From: a bacterium
GTDB taxonomy: Bacteria; UBA8248
Assembly (NCBI GenBank): GCA_965219955.1
Contig: OZ244799.1
Location: forward strand, 896,001 to 960,000
Direction of reading: 5' to 3'
Length of the DNA stretch: 64,000 bases
The stretch's first letter is position 1, and every line of letters starts with the position of its first letter. The notes under the pieces were generated by a model. That model saw only the letters and a list, made by a program, of their open reading frames with translations, made no database searches and was not told the DNA's origin. A program made the translations under genes and the position numbers. Shown in pieces: positions 22,673 through 33,611 of this stretch.

Positions 22673-24028
22673 TTACTTGGATAAATAAATGTGCACGAGG
22701 CCGGATTGATCGACGAAAGCGATGTCGTCTTTCGCGTCTTGGTTGAAATCTGCGGTGAGTATGTTGGAACGAACGGGTGAGGGGATAGGCCTCGTCCATC
22801 TGAAATGCCAACGATTTCCGAAGAGCGCTAGCCCACTCAAATGCTGCCGGCCGACTTCTTGCATCACAACTTCCGCAACTCCTCGACGTCTTAGCAAAGT
22901 GAATTCCCAAAGGTTACGTGAACCAACCGAATGCGTGGTGAAACCAGCCATGCGAGCTCGCTCGCGGAGTCGTTTTCCACTAAGCCGCAGTGCCAGCAAG
23001 AAGCCTGCCAAATGTGGCTTTTCGACGGCCAGAACTTTCGGAGCACTGCCGTCGATATTGAATGCACCCAATAGATGCGACCAGCGCTTTCCCTTCCCGA
23101 TAGCCTCACCTCGGGCTTTTAGCGCAAGTTTGTTATTCCTCATGCCTAAAACCAGATGAGCCGCTCCACGGTCGTCGTCACTTTTAGTGACTAGAATTTC
23201 CTGTTTCCCGTCTTTGTCCAAGTCCGAGACTAGGGTACCAATGGCTTCGAAAACACCATTCTTTCCTGCGGTGTATTTGGCCATGAGTTGGAGAGATTTT
23301 TGGTTGAAGCGATATGCGTGGATTTCTGTTGGCTCGATGTCATCGCCAAGTACGGCGTGTCTATAAAGTCTGGATGGTACAGCGGGCACGATCAATTCTT
23401 TTCTTCCATCTCCGTCCAGATCCGCTGTTGTTAAGACAGCGTCTGGCAATACTCTTGCCGTTTTCGCTTTAATGAGTTGAGTCTGGAGCCATTTGCCCTC
23501 TTTTTTTTGGAATAAAAGCAAGGAGCCATCGACGCCGACCATTGCCACGTTATCTCTATCCAATACGACGGGTTTCGATAGGGTTGAAGGGCGGATGCTT
23601 GGCCAGACGAACAACCAACGCCGTTCGATAGTGTCGACATTGATGAACATTCCACTTTTTCCTGCGCCGACAAAGCTCCCGTCGGACAATTGCGTGGGTG
23701 GGACATTTGCAGCCAGGTCGGAGGGGGTAGGGTGGTCTTGCACATGCACACGAAACAGTTCGCCTGATTTCTTGAAGGTGATGGGATGAAAATCGCCATC
23801 CATTGTAAAGGCCAGAAGGGTAGTTTTTGTCTTTGAAGAACCTTTTTCGGCAGGTGCTGTCAACAACCACTTCGTTCTGCTTGATACTAAGGCGGTGAGT
23901 GTTTGGTGAGTAACGAGAGTTTCTGAGCCTTCAGCTATATTTTCATGTGGATAGAAGGTAAAGACGCAGACTAGAGCAAAAAGAATAGATAACTTCTTTC
24001 TTGAAATTCTCATCATCGCATCGTGCAT
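22673..24028 (-). CDS. Secreted FG-GAP/VCBS-repeat protein
   Basis: Signal peptide; DLDGDGRKEL, DLDKDGKQEI, DFNQDAKDDI calcium-blade motifs. Confidence 0.7.
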   Translation of the reverse strand: MHDAMMRISRKKLSILFALVCVFTFYPHENIAEGSETLVTHQTLTALVSSRTKWLLTAPAEKGSSKTKTTLLAFTMDGDFHPITFKKSGELFRVHVQDHPTPSDLAANVPPTQLSDGSFVGAGKSGMFINVDTIERRWLFVWPSIRPSTLSKPVVLDRDNVAMVGVDGSLLLFQKKEGKWLQTQLIKAKTARVLPDAVLTTADLDGDGRKELIVPAVPSRLYRHAVLGDDIEPTEIHAYRFNQKSLQLMAKYTAGKNGVFEAIGTLVSDLDKDGKQEILVTKSDDDRGAAHLVLGMRNNKLALKARGEAIGKGKRWSHLLGAFNIDGSAPKVLAVEKPHLAGFLLALRLSGKRLRERARMAGFTTHSVGSRNLWEFTLLRRRGVAEVVMQEVGRQHLSGLALFGNRWHFRWTRPIPSPVRSNILTADFNQDAKDDIAFVDQSGLVHIYLSK

Positions 24029-24033
24029 GGTTT

Positions 24034-24798
24034 CTACCCTGCCGTGACGCCGCCATCTGAAAGCACTATCGAGCCATTCATGAATGCATTTTCAGGAGAG
24101 ACCATAAACAGAGCAGTGGCCGCCATATTTTCGACCGTACCGAGTTGATGGAGTGGTATGCCCTCCAGTCTGGACTGGAGATATTCGGGTTTTGCATCGA
24201 GCCTTACTTTTACGCGAGGGCTTGCAACCAGGCCCGGTGCCAGGCAGTTCACGCGAACTCCCAGAGGTCCTAATTCCAGGGCCAGGCATTTCGTGAGATG
24301 GTGAAGCACGGATTTGGTCACCGAATAGAGACTCGTATCGGCTCTGCCTCGATGACCAGCAGATGAGCCGATCATCAAAATTGTGCCGCTTTTTTGAGGA
24401 ATCATCACCTTTGCCGCTTCACGGGATGCGATGTAGGCGGCTTTGGCATTGACTTCGAACAAGAGGTCGACTTCATCATCTGTGATTTCGACAATGGGTT
24501 TGAAGGCTCGAGTGCCCGCGCAAATGACTAAAATATCAAGTCCACCTAGGAAGTCGACGCCATCACGAATCAGTTGAACGGTGCGCCGCGCTTTGGATAA
24601 ATCATAACATTTTCCACCGGCGTTTACGCCAAGGTTTTTGCACGCGTTGATGGTGCTTCGCAGTCCTTGTGGATCGCTACCTCCCGTTCCCCATACGTGA
24701 GCCCCTGCTTGGGCGTATACGTGGGCGATAGCGGCTCCGATACCGGTTGATGCTCCTGTGATGATGACACGCTTATCCGCCAATAGTTTTGTAGACAT
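24034..24798 (-). CDS. Short-chain dehydrogenase/reductase
   Basis: TGASTGIG, YSVTK, RVN.LAPG. Confidence 0.92.
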   Translation of the reverse strand: MSTKLLADKRVIITGASTGIGAAIAHVYAQAGAHVWGTGGSDPQGLRSTINACKNLGVNAGGKCYDLSKARRTVQLIRDGVDFLGGLDILVICAGTRAFKPIVEITDDEVDLLFEVNAKAAYIASREAAKVMIPQKSGTILMIGSSAGHRGRADTSLYSVTKSVLHHLTKCLALELGPLGVRVNCLAPGLVASPRVKVRLDAKPEYLQSRLEGIPLHQLGTVENMAATALFMVSPENAFMNGSIVLSDGGVTAG

Positions 24799-25102
24799 GG
24801 AGTATCCTCTTACGATGAATAGGAAAAGTAAGGGTGATGATTATCGAATAGATTGCAATGATGGTAAATACATTCGAAGGTTTGTGGTTTTTGGTCATGG
24901 CATGGAAACCTGCGTTTTAGAGTTTGGAGTTCGAGAGGGTTGTACGAGGGTCATACTATCTGTTGGCGATTTCATGTGAAACTGAAAGCGCAATAATGTT
25001 CATTAGAGATTACTTTGGTCTGATCACTCATTAGAAATGTTCAAAAGGGCAGAGGGTTTTCAAGGTCGAATGAAGATATTTGGAACTTTGGTCGTTTAGT
25101 AT

Positions 25103-25546
25103 ATGAAAGGGAAGGAAATGGGCAAAAAAGTAGAGCATCGCCATTGGCCGGACGCCCCTGAATTATGGATGCCATATGCGCCGGTTATCAAAGTAACCGG
25201 GGGTAGCCTCGTATTTCTGGCTGGGGTAACCGCTGCACCCGTCTATCATTATCATCCGCATCGACCGGAAGAATTTGATGCCATGCCCCGAGATATGGAG
25301 GGGCAGACTCGAGCGGCGTTGGAGAACTTGAAAAAAAGCCTTGAGGCGGTGGACGCCGATTTTGGCGATGTCGTTTCCGCCAACCGATTTGTTACTGACT
25401 TGGCGGATCAAGATTCTCTGAATAAAGTATGGGCTGAATATTTCGGAGACAACAAGCCAACTACAACCACTGTCCAGGTGGTTCAACTGGCTACAGATCC
25501 ACGTTGTCTCATCGAGGTAAATGCCTTGGCCGTTGTCGATTCATAA
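25103..25546 (+). CDS. RidA/YjgF family protein
   Basis: QTRAALEN, N..WAEYF..KP, LIEV. Confidence 0.85.
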   Translation: MKGKEMGKKVEHRHWPDAPELWMPYAPVIKVTGGSLVFLAGVTAAPVYHYHPHRPEEFDAMPRDMEGQTRAALENLKKSLEAVDADFGDVVSANRFVTDLADQDSLNKVWAEYFGDNKPTTTTVQVVQLATDPRCLIEVNALAVVDS

Positions 25547-25689
25547 CGATAGCTTAGAATCCAAAACTTATGCTTGCACAAAAGCTTGGATTACAGCCAG
25601 AGACACGAAGCTCTTGTCAGAGCGGGGCGCCCTTTGTTAGCATTTGTTCATACATGAATATGCGCCCTTGGTTCCCCACCGAGAATTAG

Positions 25690-26877
25690 GTGTCCATGAT
25701 ACGTCGCTTAAGAAATCCGGAATCTCGTATCAAAGTTTTGGAAGGGCGTTTACAACAATACCCATCCTCGGCTGTTTTTTTCCCTCTGGCCTCACTTTTA
25801 TGGGAGAAAGGCTTGGTAGATCAGGCCGAAAATCTCCTGAAAAGTGGCCTTGCAACCTATCCCAACTACGCAGCTGCGGGTGTTTTGCTTGGAGAAATAC
25901 TCATTACGAAAGAAGAACATGAACAAGCAGTCCGCTATATCACAAAAGCTCTGGAAATCGCTCCCTGGAATATTTCTGGTAGGCGTCTTCTGGCTGAATG
26001 CTATCGAAAAGAGGGCGATGAGGAAGCCATGCAAGTCGCGTTAAGAGTAGCCAAGATGCTTGAGGGCGATGAAGTAGCGATCCAAAGCGCGATAATCGAT
26101 TCCAATGTGGATAGCGCTCCAGTTGTTGTTCCGGAAGGCGAATTGGACGAAGTGGCAACGCCTGCTCTCGCTGAGCTTTATATGGCTCAGGGCCATCTGG
26201 ATAAGGCGCGGGACGTTTATGAGCGTCTTTTGGAGTCTGAGCCCGCTAAAGTCGAATGGAATGAGAGATTGGTTGCTATCAAAGAGCAAATATCGCAGGG
26301 GGAGGATGGTGATGGGCCCACGGGATACCCCGAGATGGGGGAAAATCTCGATTTGATAGCAGGAGAAATAAAAGGTGAGGCAAACGTACCGGGTGAGGCG
26401 AAGGCGGATGACGTCGCGTCCGGAAATATGGAAGCAGTTAAAGGGGACGTCGATACGTCAGCCGCCGAATTTCAAGACTTGGGTGATGTTTCGAGCCCTG
26501 CCGATAAAATAGCTGAAAGCGAGAATGAGGGGCGGGAGCCTGGCACCGCTCCAGAAGAAGAGGGTGTTGTTGGGGAAAAAGCCGTCGACTCCATTCTCCG
26601 AAAGATGGTTGAACTCTACGTCGAAGAGGATAACGATGCACTAGCGCTGGATATGTGCCGAAAAGCGCAAGCCTTGGGAGAGAACGCCCCTTGGATGTTG
26701 GAAAAAATCTCGGTGCTTGAGCGAAAAATGGAAGAATCGGCCGCATCACTGTTGCGTTATGAAGAGGAAGAAGATAAAGACCGATCGACTCCGGATCTTC
26801 TTCGTGCTGACCAGATGGTTGTGGAAACTTTGGAAGATTGGCTCGAAACGTTGCAACGGCGCAAAGCGAACGCATAA
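25690..26877 (+). CDS. Tetratricopeptide repeat protein
   Basis: FFPLA..GL..YPNY, TPALAELY.AQG..A..Y, acidic linker. Confidence 0.75.
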   Translation: MSMIRRLRNPESRIKVLEGRLQQYPSSAVFFPLASLLWEKGLVDQAENLLKSGLATYPNYAAAGVLLGEILITKEEHEQAVRYITKALEIAPWNISGRRLLAECYRKEGDEEAMQVALRVAKMLEGDEVAIQSAIIDSNVDSAPVVVPEGELDEVATPALAELYMAQGHLDKARDVYERLLESEPAKVEWNERLVAIKEQISQGEDGDGPTGYPEMGENLDLIAGEIKGEANVPGEAKADDVASGNMEAVKGDVDTSAAEFQDLGDVSSPADKIAESENEGREPGTAPEEEGVVGEKAVDSILRKMVELYVEEDNDALALDMCRKAQALGENAPWMLEKISVLERKMEESAASLLRYEEEEDKDRSTPDLLRADQMVVETLEDWLETLQRRKANA

Positions 26878-26986
26878 CCCGTCCGCCTGGTTAATTGGAT
26901 TGCTTGAAATATCGGGATATGGGTTCTGGAAAATGTGTTTGCTCCTGTTTTTTAGTTTGTTGACCTCGTAAGCGGGTGAATTTGGC

Positions 26987-29023
26987 ATGACGAAACTATC
27001 AAAAGAGAAGGCTCTATTCTCTGGCATGAGTATTGCCGAACAATCAATTCACACCATACGTACACTTTCGATGGATGCGGTGCAGAAGGCGAACAGTGGT
27101 CATCCGGGCACGCCAATGGCGCTGGCGCCACTAGCGTATGAACTGTGGGTGAACCATCTGCGTTATAATCCCCGGAACTCAGACTGGTTTGATCGAGACC
27201 GTTTCGTGCTTTCGTGTGGTCATGCCTCCATGCTTCTTTATGCCGTTCTCCATTTGAGCGGTTATGAACTTCCGCTCGATGAGATCGTTCGCTTTCGTCA
27301 GTGGGACAGCAAGACGCCGGGACACCCCGAATATGGTCTTACGCCGGGTGTCGAGACCACTACTGGCCCGCTCGGACAGGGGTTCATGAACGCAGTGGGC
27401 ATGGCAATGGCGGAGGCGCATTTGGCGGCCACTTTCAATCGGCCAGGCCATTCGATTGTAGACCACAATACCTATGTATTCATGAGCGATGGCGATATCA
27501 TGGAAGGCGCATCGCATGAAGCGGCATCCCTCGCGGGACATCTGGGTCTGGCGAAATTGATATGTGTCTATGACGATAATCGCATCACTATCGACGGCGA
27601 AACATCGTTGAGTTACTCCGATGACGTTGTGAAACGTTTTGAGGGGTACAACTGGCATGTGCAGAATCTCGGTGATAGTGCGGAGGATTTATCCCGGATT
27701 TCAGGAGCGCTTGACTCGGCAAAGGCGGAAACCGAGCGCCCTTCTTTGATTGTAGTGCGTTCGCACATCGGATATGGCTCGCCTCGATATCAGGATACCG
27801 CGCGGGCGCATGGTGCTCCTTTGGGGAATGAGGAAGTCGAGGCTACGAAAAGGAGTTATGGCTGGCCCGAGGGCGAGACGTTTCTGGTGCCGGACGAGGT
27901 ATCCACCCATATGGGAGAGGCGGTTTCTCGCGGCGCCGCGCTTGAAGAGGACTGGAATCACCGGTTCTCAAAATATGAATCGGAGAATCCTGAGTTGGCT
28001 GAGAAGTTTCAGGCGGCGCTTAAAGGCGAACCTCCTGCCGGCTGGGAGAGCTGCATTCCCGGTTTTGGAGCCGATGACGGGGCGCTCGCAACGCGGGCGG
28101 CATCTGGCGAAGTATTGAATGAAATCGCCTCTGCTATTCCCTGGTTGATTGGAGGAAGCGCGGACTTGGCGGCTTCAAACAACTCGCTCATCAAAGAATC
28201 AGGAAATTTCGCCAGGGGGGATTTTTCCAATCGCAACATCAACTGGGGCATCAGGGAACACGCTATGGGAGCCGCCTGCTCGGGAATGGCCCTGCACGGG
28301 GGTGTTCGTCCTTATGCGGCCACATTTTTCACGTTCACCGATTACGCCCGCCCGGCCATACGGCTCGCGGCGCTGATGGAATTGCCCGTCATCTATGTAA
28401 TGACGCATGACTCTATCGGTCTGGGCGAGGATGGCCCCACCCACCAGCCTGTCGAGCATCTCGCATCGCTTCGCGCCATGCCGGGTCTCACCATCATACG
28501 GCCATGCGACGCGAACGAAACCACCGCAGCTTGGCGAGTGGCGATCGAGCGTCTTGAAGGTCCGACCATGCTCGTGTTGACGCGCCAGGGCCTGCCCATC
28601 TTGGAGCGTTCGGAGGAGAACGAAGCGGATGCCCTGTCACGAGGGGCCTATGTCGTCTCGGCAGAGAGCGGGAATTCTCCTCAAGCTATATTGATTGCCA
28701 CGGGCTCGGAAGTGCATCTCGCAATGGAAGCGCAAAGCGCGTTGGCGGCAGATGGAATCGATGCCCGGGTCGTGAGCATGCCGAGTTGGGAGCTTTTCAG
28801 GGAGCAATCTCCCGCCTATCGGGATTCCGTTCTCCCGCCGGAGGTGAAGGCGAGAGTTGCGATTGAGGCGGGCGCCACCATGGGTTGGCGCGAGTGGGTC
28901 GGGGAGGATGGCGTTGTGATTGGAATCGATCGATTTGGGGCGAGCGCTCCTTATAAGGAAATTTATGCGCATTTCGGACTCACGCCGGAGAACGTCGCCG
29001 CGCGCGTGAATGACCTCCTCTGA
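26987..29023 (+). CDS. tkt: Transketolase
   Basis: [42 protein letters not shown]. Confidence 0.98.
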   Translation: MTKLSKEKALFSGMSIAEQSIHTIRTLSMDAVQKANSGHPGTPMALAPLAYELWVNHLRYNPRNSDWFDRDRFVLSCGHASMLLYAVLHLSGYELPLDEIVRFRQWDSKTPGHPEYGLTPGVETTTGPLGQGFMNAVGMAMAEAHLAATFNRPGHSIVDHNTYVFMSDGDIMEGASHEAASLAGHLGLAKLICVYDDNRITIDGETSLSYSDDVVKRFEGYNWHVQNLGDSAEDLSRISGALDSAKAETERPSLIVVRSHIGYGSPRYQDTARAHGAPLGNEEVEATKRSYGWPEGETFLVPDEVSTHMGEAVSRGAALEEDWNHRFSKYESENPELAEKFQAALKGEPPAGWESCIPGFGADDGALATRAASGEVLNEIASAIPWLIGGSADLAASNNSLIKESGNFARGDFSNRNINWGIREHAMGAACSGMALHGGVRPYAATFFTFTDYARPAIRLAALMELPVIYVMTHDSIGLGEDGPTHQPVEHLASLRAMPGLTIIRPCDANETTAAWRVAIERLEGPTMLVLTRQGLPILERSEENEADALSRGAYVVSAESGNSPQAILIATGSEVHLAMEAQSALAADGIDARVVSMPSWELFREQSPAYRDSVLPPEVKARVAIEAGATMGWREWVGEDGVVIGIDRFGASAPYKEIYAHFGLTPENVAARVNDLL

Positions 29024-29025
29024 AG

Positions 29026-29041
29026 CGTTTCACGTGAAACG
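29026..29041. promoter_or_regulatory. parS-like centromere palindrome
   Basis: CGTTTCACGTGAAACG; its 14-bp core is identical to the parS consensus TGTTTCACGTGAAACA. Confidence 0.65.
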
Positions 29042-29359
29042 ACCCGCGCATTTGCCCGCAGACGCGCGCATTTGCCGCTGCGCAAACTGATCCATGGGCG
29101 TGTATCCTCACGATTGTTCCAGGCGGGGCGGAGTTGCGCCTCCGTATGCAGCAAAAACGGATTGAAAACCCTCGCAAATTTATCGAAAAGCCCCGTGAAT
29201 TTATCTATATTTATCTGAATTTACAGAAATTCACCCGCTCCCGCTGCGCGTCCGCCCCGGCTGTCTCCCCTCGAATTTGAATCCCCGGTTTTGTGTGGCT
29301 TTCTCGGGTATCGTGAAGTAAAATCACTCTTTTGGGCCGCATCGTCTGAGGAGTGAGAG

Positions 29360-30676
29360 ATGTCGAAAAAATATCGTTTATCCGGGTGGATGATATGGGC
29401 CGGCGCCCTGGTGCTGCTCGTCGCGGGGATGTCGATGAGCCCCGTCGCGAATCTGGCGGCAAGCGAGACGAGCGCCTATTCGGAGCTGAGGGCCTTCAGC
29501 GAGGTCCTGAGCCTCGTTGAGGAGAACTACGTCAACAAGGTGGACGCCAAGAAACTGATTCGCGGCGCCATCCGGGGCATGCTTCGCACGCTCGACCCCC
29601 ATACGACCTATCTGAATCCCGAATTCTTCAAGGAGATGCAGGTCGAGACCACGGGCCGCTTCGGCGGCCTGGGCGTGGAGATTTCGATTCGCGACGGCGT
29701 GCTGACCGTGGTGACGCCCATCGAGGACACCCCGGCGTACAAGGCCGGCGTCCAGGCGGGCGATCAGATCATCCTCATCGAGGAGGAGCCGACGAAAGAC
29801 CTCCTGCTTCAGGAGATCGTCAAGAAGCTTCGGGGCAAGCCCGGCACGAAGGTGAAGATCACGGTGAGGCGCAAGGGGGAGAAGGAGCCGATCCCCTTCA
29901 CGATCACGCGCCGGATCATCCGCATCAAGAGCGTGAGAAGCCGGATGCTGGAAGACGATATCGCCTACATCCGGGTTCGCAGTTTCCAGAACGGCACGGG
30001 CCGCGAAGTGAAGGACGCCCTCTCCTCGCTCGAGGGTGAGGGCGCCAAAGCCCTCGTGCTCGATCTCAGGAACAATCCGGGCGGGCTCCTCTCCCAGGCG
30101 GTTTCGGTGTCCGACATATTCCTGAAGGCGGGCAGCCTGATCGTCTACACCAAGGGCCGCATGACCGACCAGGAACATCGCTTCACATCCACGCACGAAG
30201 CGCTTGGCGGCAAGATTCCCATGGCGGTCCTCGTCAACGCGGGAAGCGCCAGCGCGTCCGAGATCGTGGCGGGCGCGCTCCAGGATCTGGAAAGAGCCAA
30301 GCTCATCGGCGTCAAGACGTTCGGGAAGGGCTCGGTGCAGACCGTCGTTCCGCTCTCGGACGGTTCGGGGCTTAGGCTGACCACCGCGCTTTATTTCACC
30401 CCCAAGGGAAGGCGCATCCAGGGCAAGGGAATCGAGCCCGACATCGTCAGCGAGGTGGGCGCAAGTTCCGGCGGCGCGCGCATGATGCGCGAGAAGGACC
30501 TGCCCGGCCATCTGCCCGGCGAGGCGGAGAAAGAGGCGGAAAAAGAAGACAAGGGCGCCGGTGACGCCCAGGCCGGCCCGGCGAAAAGCCCCGATGAGGA
30601 AGAGAAAGACACCCAGCTCGAGCGCGCTGTGAAATACCTCAAGGATTCGTTCCTCGACAAGAAGATGGGGGCCTAG
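29360..30676 (+). CDS. ctpA: S41 carboxy-terminal processing protease with PDZ domain
   Basis: LDPH, FGGLG, DLRNNPGG, SASASEI, TFGKGSVQ. Confidence 0.95.
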   Translation: MSKKYRLSGWMIWAGALVLLVAGMSMSPVANLAASETSAYSELRAFSEVLSLVEENYVNKVDAKKLIRGAIRGMLRTLDPHTTYLNPEFFKEMQVETTGRFGGLGVEISIRDGVLTVVTPIEDTPAYKAGVQAGDQIILIEEEPTKDLLLQEIVKKLRGKPGTKVKITVRRKGEKEPIPFTITRRIIRIKSVRSRMLEDDIAYIRVRSFQNGTGREVKDALSSLEGEGAKALVLDLRNNPGGLLSQAVSVSDIFLKAGSLIVYTKGRMTDQEHRFTSTHEALGGKIPMAVLVNAGSASASEIVAGALQDLERAKLIGVKTFGKGSVQTVVPLSDGSGLRLTTALYFTPKGRRIQGKGIEPDIVSEVGASSGGARMMREKDLPGHLPGEAEKEAEKEDKGAGDAQAGPAKSPDEEEKDTQLERAVKYLKDSFLDKKMGA

Positions 30677-30699
30677 GCCGAGGGAAACGAACGCGGGCT

Positions 30700-31430
30700 G
30701 GTATGAACCCTTGGCAGGGGGTGAACATCCTGCCAACCGTGTTTTGCACCGTAGCGGACAGGCCCCTGTGCCTGTTCGAGGCCCCCGTGCCTGTCCTGAC
30801 GATTTTTCCGGTAGGGGCGGACCCATGTGTCCGCCCTTATGCGTTCGGCCTCGTCGAATGTTCGATGAATTCGTAGCCGGACAGGCCCTCGTGCCTGTCC
30901 GAGGTTGCGACCTGTCCTTACGAGGCAGTGCGCTTTTGTTCGCCATTCCGGCAATCCCTCCCGCCTTGTTTGCCACTCCGCCTCGGTTTGAAAATCACTC
31001 CCCCCTTGAGGGGGAGTCGAAGAGGCCGAGCGTTTTTTGCGAAGGCCGATTCGGTGGGGGGAGGTTTACTCTGTGGCATGTCCCCCCACCGAATCGCTTG
31101 CGGGCTTACGCCCTTAGCTCTTCGTCGGCCTTCCCGAGGAGGAAAGGCCGACCCTCAAGGGGGGAGTGATTGTTGGGCGCTCTACAAGGGAGGAAAGCGG
31201 TTTTGGTTCGTCATTCCGGCGAAAGCCGGAATCCATTTGTTTTGCCTTTGTTTTTTATTTCCTGATTGATTCTTGACAATGACGGAGAGATGAAAAGCCA
31301 GTGTATCGTCATTCTGCATTAGAATGGATTCCGGCTTTCGCCGGAATGACGAACCAGGGTGAGAACCACATCTATCCGTAATGACAGCCCCTCCCCGGGG
31401 CTGTCCCACAGGTCGCGGCCTGTCCCTGCT
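30700..31430. repeat. REP cluster: GTAG-type palindromes, CCCCCTTGAGGGGG element (30996-31169) and a REP doublet (31210-31350)
   Basis: GTCATTCCGGCGAAAGCCGGAATCCA at 31210-31235 with its inverse at 31325-31350. Confidence 0.85.
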
Positions 31431-31658
31431 GGTTCAAGCGGGGAGAGGGGTTTTCCCGAGGAAGAGCGTGAGGCCGATGCAGGCGCGTAGCAACGCCGCG
31501 CTTTGCGGTATCGCACATGCCATCGGCCCCGCCGTCTTCCACCACGATTTCTTTGTACTCCACGTGGAAGCTACTTGAGTCCGCGTGAACCGGATCGCCC
31601 GACGCTGTTCACGTTTAATTTCCTGAAAATCCACTGGACACGGCAAGAATTTCAAAAT

Positions 31659-31677
31659 CCCCCCAATATTAGGGGGG
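31659..31677. promoter_or_regulatory. Palindromic operator-like site, copy 1
   Basis: CCCCCC-AATATTA-GGGGGG; a related copy lies at 33287-33303. Confidence 0.5.
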
Positions 31678-32054
31678 CGGTGAATCGTAAGATTTTCTAT
31701 ACTTTTATGTATTGTTATTTCATCTGAACACTCTGGACTGGAATGGATAGATACCCCTGCACCGGTCGGCTTGGCGGAGTGGAACACCGGAGATTCGGGA
31801 TGCGATCCCGGAAGTGTTCAAATGACTCCGGGCCGGGTATACGGCTCTGGCGCAGCAACCACCATTGTCTTGTCCCGGCAGCCCGCGCATCACGCCGCCA
31901 ACGTCATCCGGTAGTGGTTGGAACAGTTCGATTTACCCGCAACGATGCCAGTGTCCATGACTACGAGGGGTCATATGGGCAACCAAAGAGGGCTCTCGCC
32001 TCTTGATATAATGGAATACGGGCCGACCGTGCGTCCGCCGGCAGGGCAGACGTC

Positions 32055-33212
32055 ATGATCAAACGAGATGCGTTCGATCGCATCCTGGCATCGATGCACG
32101 AAGCGGCGCTGGACGATTCCCGCTGGTCGAGCGCCTCTGCGCTGATCGACGATGCCCTCGGCGTGCACGGCAACTGCCTGGCGTTTGCCGACTTGAACTC
32201 CAGCAGGGAATTACAGTTCTCATTTGTGGGGATATTCTTCCGCGGGCAACGGCACCATGAATTGGAACGCGAGTATCTCGAAGACTACTATTCCCTGGAC
32301 GAACGAGTCCCCCGTTTTGGGAAAGTTCCTGACAGCCGACTGTACCATATTACCGACCTCTTCACCGAAGAGGAACTGAAGCACTCCGTGGTATACAACG
32401 ATTTCGCGCCCCGTATGCATGCCCGGAACAGTATCAACCTGCGCCTGGACGGACCCGAGGGCTTGAGCTTTTGCTGGGGCATCAACGATCCGGTTGACGG
32501 TAACGGCTGGTCGTCCGCCCGGCTCGACTCGATCCGGCGTCTCCTGCCCCATATCCGTCAGTACATGCGCGTCCGGCAGGCGCTGGGCAGCGCCGGTGCG
32601 CTGGGCGCCTCCCTCACGCAGATGCTCGATACCACCGGGGCGGGCATCATCCAGCTCGATCGACACGGGCGCATCGTGGAAATGAACGACCTCGCCCGGG
32701 ATTTGCTGCGAACAGGAGACGGCCTGTTCGATGCGCGCGGTTCCCTGTTCGCCCGCGCGCCACAGGACAACGCCAAACTCCAGGGAGTCCTGAATCGGGC
32801 GTTGCCGCCGTTCGGGACTCAGGGCGTCGGCGGCTCGACGGTGGTGAGACGCGCATCGGCCCTGCCGCTGGCGGTGCACGTCAACCCGGTGGATCGGCAG
32901 GAAACGGACTACGGTGTTTGGCCGGTCGCTGCCCTCATGCTGGTCGTGGACCCGGCGAGCCGGCACCGCATCGATCCGGCCGTGGCCGGAGCGGTTCTCG
33001 GCCTCACCAAAATGGAGAGCCAGGTGGCGGTGCTGTTGGCCGAAGGCAGGAGCGTCGCTCAGATCGCCGCGGCGTTCGGCCGAAAGGAAAGCACGATCCG
33101 CTGGCACGTGAAGCAAATATCCTCCAAGCTCGGCCTCTCCCGGCAGGTGGATCTGGTGCGGCTTGTGCTGTCGCTGCCCGGCGTTCAAAGAGCCTCGATA
33201 CTGAATGTTTAA
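32055..33212 (+). CDS. LuxR-family HTH regulator with N-terminal sensory and PAS-like domains
   Basis: C-terminal GLTKMESQVAVLLAEGRS..IA..TIRWHVKQI.SKLG.SRQ.DLV; LD..GRIVEMN..A PAS-like segment. Confidence 0.9.
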   Translation: MIKRDAFDRILASMHEAALDDSRWSSASALIDDALGVHGNCLAFADLNSSRELQFSFVGIFFRGQRHHELEREYLEDYYSLDERVPRFGKVPDSRLYHITDLFTEEELKHSVVYNDFAPRMHARNSINLRLDGPEGLSFCWGINDPVDGNGWSSARLDSIRRLLPHIRQYMRVRQALGSAGALGASLTQMLDTTGAGIIQLDRHGRIVEMNDLARDLLRTGDGLFDARGSLFARAPQDNAKLQGVLNRALPPFGTQGVGGSTVVRRASALPLAVHVNPVDRQETDYGVWPVAALMLVVDPASRHRIDPAVAGAVLGLTKMESQVAVLLAEGRSVAQIAAAFGRKESTIRWHVKQISSKLGLSRQVDLVRLVLSLPGVQRASILNV

Positions 33213-33286
33213 GCCGTCCTGGCGCGGCGGCGACATCCTTCGTTTTCCCGAAAATTTCACCAAAAAAGCAAAAAATTTCGCAATAT

Positions 33287-33303
33287 CCCCCCAAATCTGG
33301 GGG
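33287..33303. promoter_or_regulatory. Palindromic operator-like site, copy 2
   Basis: CCCCCCAAATCTGGGGG upstream of the lipoprotein gene. Confidence 0.5.
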
Positions 33304-33611
33304 CGCGGAAGAAACGCACGTCTGCCTATAGTTCAAGCATTGCAATAGATCTGAACACGCAGCACCGGGATGGACAGGAATCTTCGCACCGGTTGGCGCG
33401 ACGGGAGGTATACCGGTGACTTTGCCAGGAATTTCGTATTCAACGAAATACAACCCGCTACAAATGAACCCGCCGGAACCAATCGCACGGATCATCGATG
33501 CGGCGGCGTCACCATTACCAAATTCACCGACGGTGTGGGTGCGATATACCTCCGGATGGTTATCGTCATTTTTGGGAATTAGATACGAGACTCATTAGAG
33601 GAGGAATATAA

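Noticed and set aside
31500-31563. Minus-strand MEYKEIVVEDGG fragment resembling an enoyl-CoA hydratase start
   Set aside because: Too short to support a call
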